Positions 63,939-64,000 of a stretch of DNA of 64,000 nt are shown piece by piece; positions within the stretch are counted from its first letter, which is position 1, and every line of letters starts with the position of its first letter. The notes beneath the pieces are model-generated. The model searched no databases. It had not been told where the DNA came from and worked only from the letters and a program-made list of their open reading frames with translations. Made by a program: the position numbers and the translations under genes. The stretch lies in assembly GCF_037042905.1 (NCBI RefSeq), contig NC_087252.1, positions 24,244,001-24,308,000 on the forward strand. The letters run 5' to 3'. Source of the stretch: Lytechinus pictus. Taxonomy: Eukaryota.

Positions 63939-64000
63939 CTATACAAAATAACGATGAAAAAAATTATATATGCATAAAAATTATGAATATACATATATAT

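Larger units (their letters stand above)
58383..64000. mobile_element. PIF/Harbinger DNA transposon, left part; right end lies outside the window
   Basis: TAA followed by terminus AGCCCCTTTCACAATTG; subterminal short repeats; convergent MADF/Myb-like and DDE transposase genes. Confidence 0.9.

Overview
This is AT-rich, repeat-dense animal DNA. The repeat families and intron style suggest a sea urchin or related marine invertebrate (inference). Main contents: (1) A complete 10-exon fibrillarin gene on the minus strand (CDS 45694->31034, 948 nt, 315 aa, all GT-AG introns, frame checked by hand). Its introns 2 and 4 each carry a paralogous box C/D snoRNA with a SNORD37/U37-type guide against 28S rRNA. 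(2) The 5' end of a second minus-strand transcript, with a CpG-rich promoter at ~17.6-18.2 kb and three apparently non-coding exons; it runs off the left edge. (3) The left part of an apparently intact PIF/Harbinger transposon (58383 to the window end), with a 4-exon MADF/Myb-like gene facing a HARBI1-type DDE transposase. (4) An internally deleted hAT element with an 8-bp TSD, many non-autonomous DNA transposons (TTAA Kolobok-type, TWA Harbinger-type, 6- and 7-bp TSD elements, Helentron/DINE-like), LINE 3' fragments, tRNA-derived SINE heads and microsatellites. Unusual observations include a cluster of heat-shock elements with a TATA box in an LTR-like segment, a strong regional excess of TACATGTA/TACWGTA motifs, and a three-level transposon nest in a fibrillarin intron. 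Most ORFs in the supplied track are spurious.
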